Shown here in pieces: positions 21,274 to 31,679 of a DNA stretch of 64,000 nucleotides (the stretch's first letter is position 1; each line of letters opens with the position of its first letter). The translations under genes were made by a program, and so were the position numbers. The stretch comes from an uncultured Chloroflexia bacterium. GTDB taxonomy: Bacteria; Chloroflexota; Dehalococcoidia; SM23-28-2; RBG-16-64-32. Below the pieces are notes generated by a model, which was not told the origin of the DNA, did no database searches, and saw only the letters and a program-made list of their open reading frames with translations. Where the stretch lies: contig CAVQVC010000001.1 in assembly GCA_963717065.1 (NCBI GenBank), forward strand, positions 199,643 to 263,642, read 5' to 3'.

Positions 21274-22047
21274 ATGTTCTCGATAACAGATCAACTCCCT
21301 CGTATCGCCGCGTGTGGCCTTCTCGCCCTCCTCGCCGCTGCCGCGTCGTCATGCGGCGATAGCGACAACCCGGACGCCGCGTCGGCCTCTTGTGGCGCCT
21401 TCGACGACCTCACGAGCTACCGTTACACGATCGCCGTCAAGATGGAACTGCCGGCGTTCCAGGAACACCCCAATAACGACCCCGGCCTTGCCGCCTACGC
21501 CGCGAACCTGTCGGCGCTCTTCTCCAACTTCCAGGTCGATGGCGCCTATGTAGCGCCGGATCGCCGCCAGGCCGTGCTGGCGTTCCAGGATGCACGGGTC
21601 GAATTGCGTCAGATCGGTGACCAGCGCTGGGAGCACCTTGGCGAGTCCTGGGAGCCCCTCGACGCGGGCGCTCCCGATATAGGCGATCTCGCTCCGAAGA
21701 CCGTGTGCACGGACATCGTGGAAGCGCTGACGCCGGGCCTTTCCCCTGCGGCCTCCGAGGACGAGGTGGTTAACGGCATCTCATCCCGTCGTTACTGGAT
21801 CGAGGGTGCTAACATCGATCGCCTGGACGATCTTCTCGGTCTTTCAGACGGTGCGCAGATGCCCGATCAGTTCCAGGTCAACGTTTGGTTCGCCACCGAC
21901 GGCGATTGGCCGGTGCGGCTGACCCTTCACTCGCAAACGAGCGACCAGGTGGGCGCGACCGGGACAGCGGACGTGACGATGGAACTCCGCGACGTCAACG
22001 CCAGCGACATCGCCGTTGACGAACCCCAGGTGAACGCCGGCGGCTAG
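21274..22047 (+). CDS. lipoprotein, unknown function
   Basis: Signal peptide plus lipobox LAAAASSC, D/E-rich mature protein. Confidence 0.5.
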   Translation: MFSITDQLPRIAACGLLALLAAAASSCGDSDNPDAASASCGAFDDLTSYRYTIAVKMELPAFQEHPNNDPGLAAYAANLSALFSNFQVDGAYVAPDRRQAVLAFQDARVELRQIGDQRWEHLGESWEPLDAGAPDIGDLAPKTVCTDIVEALTPGLSPAASEDEVVNGISSRRYWIEGANIDRLDDLLGLSDGAQMPDQFQVNVWFATDGDWPVRLTLHSQTSDQVGATGTADVTMELRDVNASDIAVDEPQVNAGG

Positions 22048-22100
22048 AGGCGAGCTTCTCATAGCATTGGCGTGGGCTCGGGCCACGATCGATAGACACG

Positions 22101-23351
22101 TCACACCAGTCGAAGCGCGCCACCTGCCCACAGACCGCAGAGCACGAGCACCAGCCCCGCCCACACGGGGCGCGCGAAGCCCCGCCCCCCTCCGGCGAGG
22201 GCGGCACCTGCTTTCGTGAGTGAGTTGGTCGTCATCGCGACGAGCACAGGCACGATCGCATCCGAAGCTGAGAGCTTGCCGTCGCGCACAAGAGCGGCCA
22301 CGGAGGCTCCGGCGGCATGAGTATCCGCGAAGCCGGCCAGCGCGACAGACAGCGTGACCCCCGCCCGGCCAAATTCTGCCTCGGCACCTGCCGCGATTAC
22401 TGTGATTATGGTGATCATCGCGGCGAAGCCAACCGCAGTCGAGAGCCGGAACGCGTGACCGGGCCGTTCCGAACTGTCTATATCCATGTCCTTGAGGCGG
22501 ATCGTCGTCAACGCCGCAAAGCTGCCGGCGACGACTCCTCCAAGTATGAGCGCGGGGGTAAGCTCGCGCAGGGTATCACGGCTGGTGGATCCGAGAATCA
22601 ATGCCATCTGGATAATTGTGGCGATTGTCGATAGGACAGCGCCGGCCACTGCAGCACGGAGCACATCCGGACGAGATCGCGCTGTGCTGCCCATCGAGGC
22701 AATGGTGGCTGAGCTCGAAACAAAACCCCCGGCCAGCCCGGAGATTGGGAGACCGAACCGTGGTCCGAGGGCCCGCAAAGCGATGTATCCGACCCCGCTC
22801 ACACCCATAACGAGGACGACAAGACGCCAGATTTCATATGGGTTGATGGAGTCCCAGGGGCCGATATTTTCGTCGTTGAGCAGCGGGAGCACAATCACCG
22901 CTGCGGCCGCGAACAGCAGCAAGTCGTGAAGTTCGTCCTCGGACATCACGTCGCGCACCCATCGATGCAGCCGCTCGCGCGAAGCTAGCAGGATGGCCAC
23001 GGCGACCCCAAGCCCGGCCGCAAGGCCGGGTTCAGATATCGCCAGCACTCCCAGGAAGTAAGTGACCATGAGGGCGACTTCGGTGGTAATACCGGGGTCC
23101 GCGCCGGTAGATCGCAGGTACGCAGTGATGGTCAGGACCGCGACGAACGCGGCTCCCACGATCAGTGCGCCTGAACTCTCGATTGATGCTGCCACCGCCC
23201 CCAGCACGCCGGCCAGCGCGAAGGTGCGAACACCTGCCGGTCCGCGTTCCGGGCCGCGACCCTTCCTGCGCTCGCGCTCTATGCCGATGATGAGCCCGAT
23301 TGCGAGCGCGACGGCGATACCGAGGACGTCGCCTTCCGGTGGCCACGTCAT
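22101..23351 (-). CDS. MgtC/SapB family membrane protein with DUF4010-type C-terminal domain
   Basis: N-terminal LIIGIERERRK...GVRTFAL MgtC signature. About 10 TM. Confidence 0.65.
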   Translation of the reverse strand: MTWPPEGDVLGIAVALAIGLIIGIERERRKGRGPERGPAGVRTFALAGVLGAVAASIESSGALIVGAAFVAVLTITAYLRSTGADPGITTEVALMVTYFLGVLAISEPGLAAGLGVAVAILLASRERLHRWVRDVMSEDELHDLLLFAAAAVIVLPLLNDENIGPWDSINPYEIWRLVVLVMGVSGVGYIALRALGPRFGLPISGLAGGFVSSSATIASMGSTARSRPDVLRAAVAGAVLSTIATIIQMALILGSTSRDTLRELTPALILGGVVAGSFAALTTIRLKDMDIDSSERPGHAFRLSTAVGFAAMITIITVIAAGAEAEFGRAGVTLSVALAGFADTHAAGASVAALVRDGKLSASDAIVPVLVAMTTNSLTKAGAALAGGGRGFARPVWAGLVLVLCGLWAGGALRLV

Positions 23352-23546
23352 GGACGTGTCACCGGCGCCGCAGCGCGAAGCCTCTCACTCGTGGCCTTGG
23401 ATACGTTCACAAAGGAACCGACAGCGTGACGCAGGGACTTACTTGGGCGGCAGGAAGTGGAGCTACCCGGCAGCGGTGACTGCACGGCGAAAGTATATCA
23501 GTCGATGGGAGGAAGAGGGTTCTGGAGCCGCTTGTGACCAGGCAGC

Positions 23547-23762
23547 CTAGAGGAGCCGCCGGATGGCCTTGCGCCCCGGCCGCGGATCGTAGTTAGATTT
23601 GAACATCTCGAGCTTGTCCCGCTCGATCAGGTACTTGCCGGCGAAGAGGACCGCCGGTACCTTCTTCTGCTTGATGAGCCGCCGCAAGCTTTGCGGGTGG
23701 ATACCGAGGATGCGCGCGGCATCCACGAGGTCCAGGTAATTGTCAAACGGCTCTACCGCCAT
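23547..23762 (-). CDS. excisionase-family helix-turn-helix DNA-binding protein
   Basis: 71 aa. LVDAARILGIHPQSLRRLIKQKKVPA HTH of the Xis/MerR-like type. Confidence 0.5.
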   Translation of the reverse strand: MAVEPFDNYLDLVDAARILGIHPQSLRRLIKQKKVPAVLFAGKYLIERDKLEMFKSNYDPRPGRKAIRRLL

Positions 23763-23885
23763 AACACTTGGCTCCCCCTAAAACGCTGAGACGCGTGAGT
23801 GATTGTAGCACAAGATGTCAAGAGTCAAGCAGTTTTGTTGACCAGTTAGGCACAGAAAACCTGTGGTATTCTGGCCCCAGACACA

Positions 23886-25517
<1,632 letters not shown>

Positions 25518-25535
25518 CCCGCCTTCAGGCCCACT

Positions 25536-25640
25536 GTCATTCTGAGCAGGATGACGCCCTTGTTCCCCCAATCGCGGCTACGGGAAGGAATCTGGGGTGG
25601 GGCACAACCGGTCTAGTCCGAGATCAGACCTCCGTGCGAG
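25536..25640. repeat. partial copy of the GTCATTCTGAG-type palindromic repeat family (intergenic)
   Basis: GTCATTCTGAGCAGGATGAC...GGAATCTGGGGTGGGGC matches the 5' part of the intragenic copies at 47605, 48103 and 48539. Confidence 0.5.
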
Positions 25641-25661
25641 ACGGGGAAACGCCCGGGCTAC

Positions 25662-25979
25662 CTACCCACCCGCCACCACGTGCTGGTCGTCCCGCTCCAG
25701 CGGCGGCACGGACAGGCTCATCACCAGCGCCTCGCCCGAGACCGCCCGCACGCTGTGCACTACCTTCTTCTCGACGCGCACCGTCTCGTAGGGGCGCAGC
25801 CTCAGCGTCTGCTCCCCCACCTTCGCCTCCACCTCGTGCTCCAGCACCGTATAGATCTGCGCGCAGTTCTCGTGGTAGTGCGGCGCCACGTGCTCCGTCT
25901 CCAGCATCCGGATGATGCGGATGCTGCACTCCGGCATCGACACGTGCGACAGGATCTCGTACCGTCCCATGTCTTTCAT
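25662..25979 (-). CDS. cupin domain protein
   Basis: HYHENCAQIYTVLEHE...VHSV cupin motifs. Overlaps mocA by 4 nt. Confidence 0.6.
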   Translation of the reverse strand: MKDMGRYEILSHVSMPECSIRIIRMLETEHVAPHYHENCAQIYTVLEHEVEAKVGEQTLRLRPYETVRVEKKVVHSVRAVSGEALVMSLSVPPLERDDQHVVAGG

Positions 25980-26584
25980 GGCGCCACCTTCTCGAACACT
26001 TCGCGGGCCTTCTTGAACTCCTCCGGCGTGTTGAAGCCAAGCAACACGACCTCGGAGTCGAACTCAATCTCCTGCACCTCACCTGAGTGCCGTTCCACCA
26101 CAGCTCGCAGACCCATCGTATCGTCTCGAACAGCGCACAGATCCGGCAGGAGCGACGCGTCGAACACGGGCGGATGCCCTCGCGTTCCACCGTATACCGG
26201 GATCGAGATGAGAGCGCCCCGCGTCGCGTGCTCGTCGATGAGCCTGCGAAGCATCTCTGCCGGTCGTGGCTGGTCCACGTCCAGGATCATCACCGCTGCG
26301 ACGTCGTCGTCGACCAACTCCCTCGCCCCTCGCCTGACGGATGAGGCTCGGCCTTCGCGATAGCCTTCGTTCTCGACGATCCGGAGTCCGGCGCTCGTCG
26401 TCGCTGCCCGGACCTCCGCCGCCCTGTGACCCAGCACTACGATAACCGGGTCAGTGTCGGCGTCGTAAAGCTGACGCAGCTCGTACTCGATCAGCGTCTC
26501 GCCGCCCCAATCGAGTAGCGGCTTCGGCTGGCCCATTCGCTCCGACTTGCCGGCAGCGAGCAGGATCGCGGCAACGGTCGGCAA
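25976..26584 (-). CDS. mocA: molybdenum cofactor cytidylyltransferase (MocA/MobA-like NTP-transferase)
   Basis: AAILLAAGKSERMGQPKPLL motif. Located in the cox/xdh-type cluster. Confidence 0.75.
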   Translation of the reverse strand: MPTVAAILLAAGKSERMGQPKPLLDWGGETLIEYELRQLYDADTDPVIVVLGHRAAEVRAATTSAGLRIVENEGYREGRASSVRRGARELVDDDVAAVMILDVDQPRPAEMLRRLIDEHATRGALISIPVYGGTRGHPPVFDASLLPDLCAVRDDTMGLRAVVERHSGEVQEIEFDSEVVLLGFNTPEEFKKAREVFEKVAP

Positions 26585-26593
26585 CCGGACCGC

Positions 26594-27454
26594 TTACTCC
26601 TGTACCGAGAACAGGCTCCCCAGCTTCATCGCCAGCCCCGCGTTGCCGCCCAGGTGCACCTTCCGCGTCATGATCGCGAACGCCGGGTTGATGTCCCCGT
26701 TGGAGAGGTCAATCCACGTCTCGGGCTTCGTCCGCACCTCGGTGTCGTGCGTTTCCAGGGCTCCGTCCTCGGAGTCCGCCTTACCGTCGGCGATCTTGAT
26801 CGACCACTGGCCGCCGCCGTCTCCTTCCATGTTGAAGACGTACGTCGCCTTCATGTCCTCGGCGACGTCGCTGCGGAAGATAAGTGGCATGTAGTGGAAC
26901 ATCCGGCCCATGTAGTAGCGCGTTTGCTCGGGCGTGCCCGCCTCCACCCAGTGCGGCAGCTTCTTCTTCGCCACCTTGCGGATCTGCTGATACTGCCCCG
27001 GCAGGAACAGGTAGGCGCCGAAGAACAGGTCGCGGATCGTCCCCGGGCGGTCCCAGCCCGGGCTGTTCGCCGGCCTGTCGAGGTCAGTCTCACTCAGTCC
27101 GTCCAGCATGCCGATGTGCTCGCCAAACGCCGCTTTCATTCGTGACAGCAGCTCGGACGCCTGCAGGTCGCGCACCTTCTTCATCGAGGCGTCCCGGAAC
27201 GTGTTGATGTCCGACCGCTTCTCGAAACCGGGAAGGCTCGCAGCCTGCCCGGCGATCGCCTGCTTTGTCAGCGGCAACGTTTCGTCCTCTTCTGTGCCCA
27301 CCAGGTGCGCCAGGTGCTCCTTCGCGGTCCACTCATCGGAGGCCTTCTTGCCCCACTCCTTGTCGTCCAGTTTCGCGAAGGCATCAAGGGAGCGCTCCAG
27401 CGCCTGTCCGTAGAACTCGCGTATCTCCTTCTGTGTCGGCTTCACCAATGGCAT
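26594..27454 (-). CDS. DinB-like N-terminal domain fused to SCP2 sterol-carrier C-terminal domain
   Basis: HLAHLVGTEE four-helix motif. C-terminal FAIMTRKVHLGGNAGLAMKLGSLF SCP2 signature. Confidence 0.55.
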   Translation of the reverse strand: MPLVKPTQKEIREFYGQALERSLDAFAKLDDKEWGKKASDEWTAKEHLAHLVGTEEDETLPLTKQAIAGQAASLPGFEKRSDINTFRDASMKKVRDLQASELLSRMKAAFGEHIGMLDGLSETDLDRPANSPGWDRPGTIRDLFFGAYLFLPGQYQQIRKVAKKKLPHWVEAGTPEQTRYYMGRMFHYMPLIFRSDVAEDMKATYVFNMEGDGGGQWSIKIADGKADSEDGALETHDTEVRTKPETWIDLSNGDINPAFAIMTRKVHLGGNAGLAMKLGSLFSVQE

Positions 27455-27524
27455 CTCTCCGTACCTCCATTACCGGCTAACAGCCGGACGCTTCGGCTCA
27501 TTACAAGACTTGATCACACTAGGT

Positions 27525-27872
27525 CTAGACCCAGAGTTCGTTCCCGTCGGGGTCGGTGATGCGGGCGAACGGCACCTCGGGTGCGTGCTCTCCACGCTCT
27601 ACAATCTTCCCGCCTGCACGCTCGATCTCGCCGACGGCGTCGTCGTAGTTGATCGCGTGGTCGAGGTGAAAGCCTACGTTTCGCGGCCCGCTGCCGGCGG
27701 CTGCCTCGTCCTTCAGCAGCCCGACCGCCGTGTCAGTGCCCGGAAACCCCACGAACACGATTTCGTCGCCGCGAAACACCTCTTCCACGCCGAAGGCGTC
27801 GCGGTAGAACCGCGAGGCCTTGTCCAGGTCTCGCACGGGCACGATGAAAATCAGGCCTGTGGTCTTCGGCAC
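27525..27872 (-). CDS. VOC family (glyoxalase/bleomycin resistance) protein
   Basis: 115 aa, βαβββ VOC pattern. GTG start 2 nt after the coxL stop. Confidence 0.7.
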   Translation of the reverse strand: MPKTTGLIFIVPVRDLDKASRFYRDAFGVEEVFRGDEIVFVGFPGTDTAVGLLKDEAAAGSGPRNVGFHLDHAINYDDAVGEIERAGGKIVERGEHAPEVPFARITDPDGNELWV

Positions 27873-30208
27873 CTAAAGCTTCCCCATCGCCCGCAGCACG
27901 CGCTCCGGCGTGATCGGCGCCTCGGTTAGCCGCGCGCCGATCGCCTCGGCGATTGCGTTGGCGACGGCCGCCATCCCGGCGACGATCGACGGCTCACCGA
28001 CGATGCGCGCGCCGTACGGGCCGTCCTCCGACGGCACCTCGACGATGATCGTCTCGATCGGCGGCAGGTCGCGCGTCGTCGGCAGGCGGTAGTCGAGCAG
28101 GTTGCCGTTCAGCAGCTGGCCCTGCGTCGTCGTAGATCATCTCTTCCCAGAGCGCGATGCCGAGCCCCTGGCTGGCGCCGCCCTGCATCTGGCCTTCGAC
28201 CGAGAGCGGGTTGATCGCGAAGCCGGCGTCCTGCGCGACCGCGAAGCCGAGCACCGTGATCTCGCCGGTGTCCGGGTCGACTTCGACGTCGGCGGCCTGC
28301 GCGGTGAAGCCGGGCGCCGATCTTGCGTCGCCGTGATCGCGCCGCGGCCGACGATTGCGGCGTAGCGCGCGCCGAAGTTCGTCGTCCAGCTTGCCCAGGC
28401 GCGCGAAGGTGATCGACTTGTCCGGCGCGCCCTTCACGCGCACCTCGCCGTCCGCCGCCTCGCACTCGTCCGGCGGTCGCCTCGAGGCGCGGCGCGGCGA
28501 TCTCGATCATCTGCCGCCGCGCGTCCTCGGCGGCGAGCTTGACGGCGCGGCCGACGGTGTACGTCGTCTTGCTGCCGGCGCTCATGCCGGCGAAGGGCGC
28601 GGTCTTGGTGTCGCCGTATGTGACGCGTGACCGTCTCCGGCGGCACGTCCAGCACCTCGGCGGCGATCTGCCTGGAAGCGTGGTGTTGACGCCGGTGATG
28701 TCGGCGGCGCCGACGGTGACGTTGAACGTGCCGTCGGCGTTCAGGCCGACGATGGCGCTCGCCGGCTGCAGGCCGCCCATCCAGCCGCCGACTGCCAGGC
28801 CGATGCCGCGGTTCGGCTGCTTGCCGTCACCTGCGCGGTCTCTTCCAGACCTCGCTCTCGGAGATCGCCTCCAGGCACTCGATCAGGCCGATGCGCGGGT
28901 ACGGCTGGCCGCTGGGCAGCGGGTCGCCTTCGACGACGGCGTTCTTCAGGCGCACCTCCAGCGGGTCGAGGCCAAGCTCCTTCGCCATCATGTCCATCTG
29001 GCATCTCGATGGCGAAGGTGGCGTTGTGCGCGGCCGGCGCTCGCAGCGCGCCGACGCTGGCCTTGTTCGTCAGCACTTCGTAGCCGAGGATGTCGAGGTT
29101 CGGGCACTTGTAGTAGCCGCCGATCAGCAGGCATCCCGGCGGCGACCGAGCGCGCCGGGGAAGGCGCCGGAGTCGTAGACGAGGCGCGCCTGGATGGCGG
29201 TCAGCGTGCCGTCCTTCTTCATGCCCGGTCTTCAGCTCGATGTGCGCGAACGGCGCCGGCGTGGCGGCGAGCATGTCCTCGCGCGCGGCTCATGATGTAC
29301 TTCACCGGCCGGCGCACGGCCATCGCCAGCGAGCGCCGACCATCAGCTCGGTGAGGTAGATCTTGCCGCCGAAGCCGCCGCCGACCTCCGTCGCGATGAC
29401 GCGGATCTTGTTCTCCGGGATGTTCAGCGTCTGCGCCAGCTCGTCGCGGATGTAGAACGGCGCCTGTGTGCTCGTCCAGACGTACAGCTCGCCGTTGGCG
29501 TCGTAGTCGGCGATCGTGGAGTGCGGCTCGATGTAGCTCTGGTGCACCTGCGCCGACCGCCACGAGCGCTCGACTATGACGTCCGCCTCGGCGAACCCGG
29601 CCTCGATGTCGCCGCGCTTGAAGGGCGTCGTGGAGGCGATGTTGCTGCGGCTTACCAGTCCTGCTCCTTCTCCTCAATGTCCAGGATCGAGACGTGGCCC
29701 GCGTCCTCCGAGCGGTCGACGTCGTGCAGCGGCGAGCGCACGAGCGGCGAGTCGTCCTTCATCGCCTCGAGCGGATCGACGACCGGCGGTCAGCACCTCG
29801 TACTCGACTTCGATCAGCCCGAGCGCCTCTTCGGCGACGTGCGGGTCGCTCGCGAGGACGGCGGCGATCGGCTGGCCCTGCGAAGAGCACTTCGTCGTCG
29901 CGGGAAGACGACGCCGCGCCGGTTCGACTGGGTTCTTCTTGTACGGTGGGAGGTCAGCGGCGGTGATGACAGCCTCGACGCCCGGGTGCTGCCGCGCCTT
30001 CGACGTGTCGATCGACTTGATGCGCGCGTGGGCGTACGGGCTGCCGAGCACCTTCGCGTGCAGCATGCGCGGGAGCTTCATGTCGTCGGCGTATATACGG
30101 TCTCGCCGGTGACCTTGGCCGGTCGCATCCGGACGTACGTATCGGCTTTCCGACGTAGCGGTACTCGCGGCTCTGTTCCTCTTCTCGCGTAATCGTCTCT
30201 TGTGCCAT
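27873..30208 (-). pseudogene. xanthine dehydrogenase/CO dehydrogenase family molybdopterin-binding large subunit (CoxL/XdhA-like), shattered by about 8-10 frameshifts
   Basis: N-terminal YVGKPIRT and a/b-hammerhead (LHAKVLGSPYAHARI). MoCo domain pieces (GGGFGGK, IGGYYKCPN). C-terminus ...QLLNGNLLDYRLPTTRDLPPIET...AIAEAIGARLTEAPITPERVLRAMGKL stops at 27873. These fragments are spread over all three minus frames. Confidence 0.75.
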
Positions 30209-30702
30209 CAGTTCTCCTCGGTCCATAAGCCCTGTCGCTTCAGCTGCCGCCAGTACCGCCTCGTAGATCTTGGTGTAGCCGGTGCACCGGCAGAGGTTGC
30301 CGGCCAGGCCCTCGCGGATCTCCTCCAGCGTCGGATTGGGGTTCGCGTCCAGCAAGCGCCGTCGCCGCCATGATCATCCCGGGCGTGCAGAAGCCGCACT
30401 GGACTCCGCCCGCGTCGATGAACGCCTGCTGCACTGGGTGCAGGTCTCCGTTCGTAAGACAGGCCCTCGATCGTGATCACCTCACGCCCGTCCGCCTGCA
30501 CCGCAAGCATCAGGCACGAAGTGATCAGCCGCCCGTCGACGATCATCGAGCAGGCGCCGCAGTCGCCGGTGCCGCAGCCTTCCTTGTTGCCCGTCAAGCG
30601 CAGCTCCTCGCGCACCGTCTCCAGGAGCGTCCAGGAAGGCTCGACAGCGATTTCCTGCGTTTCGCCGTTGACCCTCATGGTTATCAGTTGTTTTGACATC
30701 AC
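30208..30702 (-). pseudogene. [2Fe-2S] small subunit of molybdo-hydroxylase (CoxS-like), at least 2 frameshifts
   Basis: N-terminus GCGTGDCGACS. Middle QCGFCTPGMIM and C-terminal NLCRCTGYTKIYEAV lie in two other frames (ORFs 30240..30434 and 29954..30355). The stop overlaps the coxL ATG (TGATG). Confidence 0.75.
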
Positions 30703-30718
30703 ACCTGTTCCTGTCTCG

Positions 30719-31591
30719 TCAAACCGTCCGCTCCGAAGCCGCCCGCAGCATCCGCTCCGTCATCACCCGCACCAGGTGCCGCCGGAACTCCACCGAACCC
30801 CGAGTGTCCGATATCGGGCTGCACTCGCCCGCCGCGATCTCCGCAGAGCGCGCGAACGTCTCATCTGACGGCGCTGTACCTTCGAGCTCCGCCTCGGCCT
30901 TCTTCGCCCGCACCGGTGTCGGCGCCACGGCGCCCAGCGCGATCCGCGCCCGCGAGATCTTCCCATTTTCCAGCGTCAGGACTGCGGCCACGCCGACGAC
31001 GGCAATGTCCATCTGCTTGCGAGGCGTATGCCGCTGGTATGCTGCACCCGTACGCTTCGACAGCACGGGTAGCCGCAGCTCAGCCAGGAGTTCGTCCGAG
31101 GCCAGCACCGTCCGCCCGGGCCCGGTGAAGAACTGATCGATCGGCACCGATCGCCGTCCCTTCGGGCCAACGATCACCGCCTGCGCCTCGTACGCCACAA
31201 GCGGCGGCGCCGTGTCTGCCGACGGTGCCGCGTTACACACGTTCCCGCCGATCGTCGCCATGTTCATCGTCTGCAACGACCCGACGACGCCCGCGCCCTC
31301 CGCGAGGGCAGGGTAGTGTTGGCGCACAACCGCCGATTCAGCGATGTCGGTCATCGTCGCCCCCGCGCCGATCCGCAGACCGTCCTTCTCGCTATACTCG
31401 ATTCCCTTGAGCTCCGAGACCCGTGACAGGTCAACGACCGACGCCGGATAGGGGAACCTCGTCGCGCTCTCTTTCATCTGCACCACGATATCGGTGCCGC
31501 CAGCTATCGGCCGGGCGCCTCCGCCGCGTTCCTTCAGCAAGGCCACGGCTTCGTCAAGCGTGTTGGGGGCGAAATATTCGAAGCCTTTCAC
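30719..31591 (-). CDS. FAD-binding medium subunit of molybdo-hydroxylase (CoxM-like)
   Basis: AGGTDIVVQMK FAD motif. CO dehydrogenase flavoprotein C-terminal domain. Intact at 290 aa. Confidence 0.85.
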   Translation of the reverse strand: MKGFEYFAPNTLDEAVALLKERGGGARPIAGGTDIVVQMKESATRFPYPASVVDLSRVSELKGIEYSEKDGLRIGAGATMTDIAESAVVRQHYPALAEGAGVVGSLQTMNMATIGGNVCNAAPSADTAPPLVAYEAQAVIVGPKGRRSVPIDQFFTGPGRTVLASDELLAELRLPVLSKRTGAAYQRHTPRKQMDIAVVGVAAVLTLENGKISRARIALGAVAPTPVRAKKAEAELEGTAPSDETFARSAEIAAGECSPISDTRGSVEFRRHLVRVMTERMLRAASERTV

Positions 31592-31679
31592 GGGCTCTCC
31601 TTCTTCTTCCGGGACGTGCCACTCATTCTATCGTTATGCGAACAGGGCGACAATAATGCGGGTTGATGCTTGGGACGGT

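Noticed and set aside
23547-23762. Possible prophage or integrative element suggested by the excisionase-family HTH gene
   Set aside because: No integrase, att-like repeats, tRNA target or phage structural genes within reach. A lone HTH protein is insufficient.
23763-23885. Sigma70-like promoter upstream of the mutase gene (TTGACC ... TGGTATTCT)
   Set aside because: Spacing between the candidate -35 and -10 is about 23 bp, too long for a canonical promoter.
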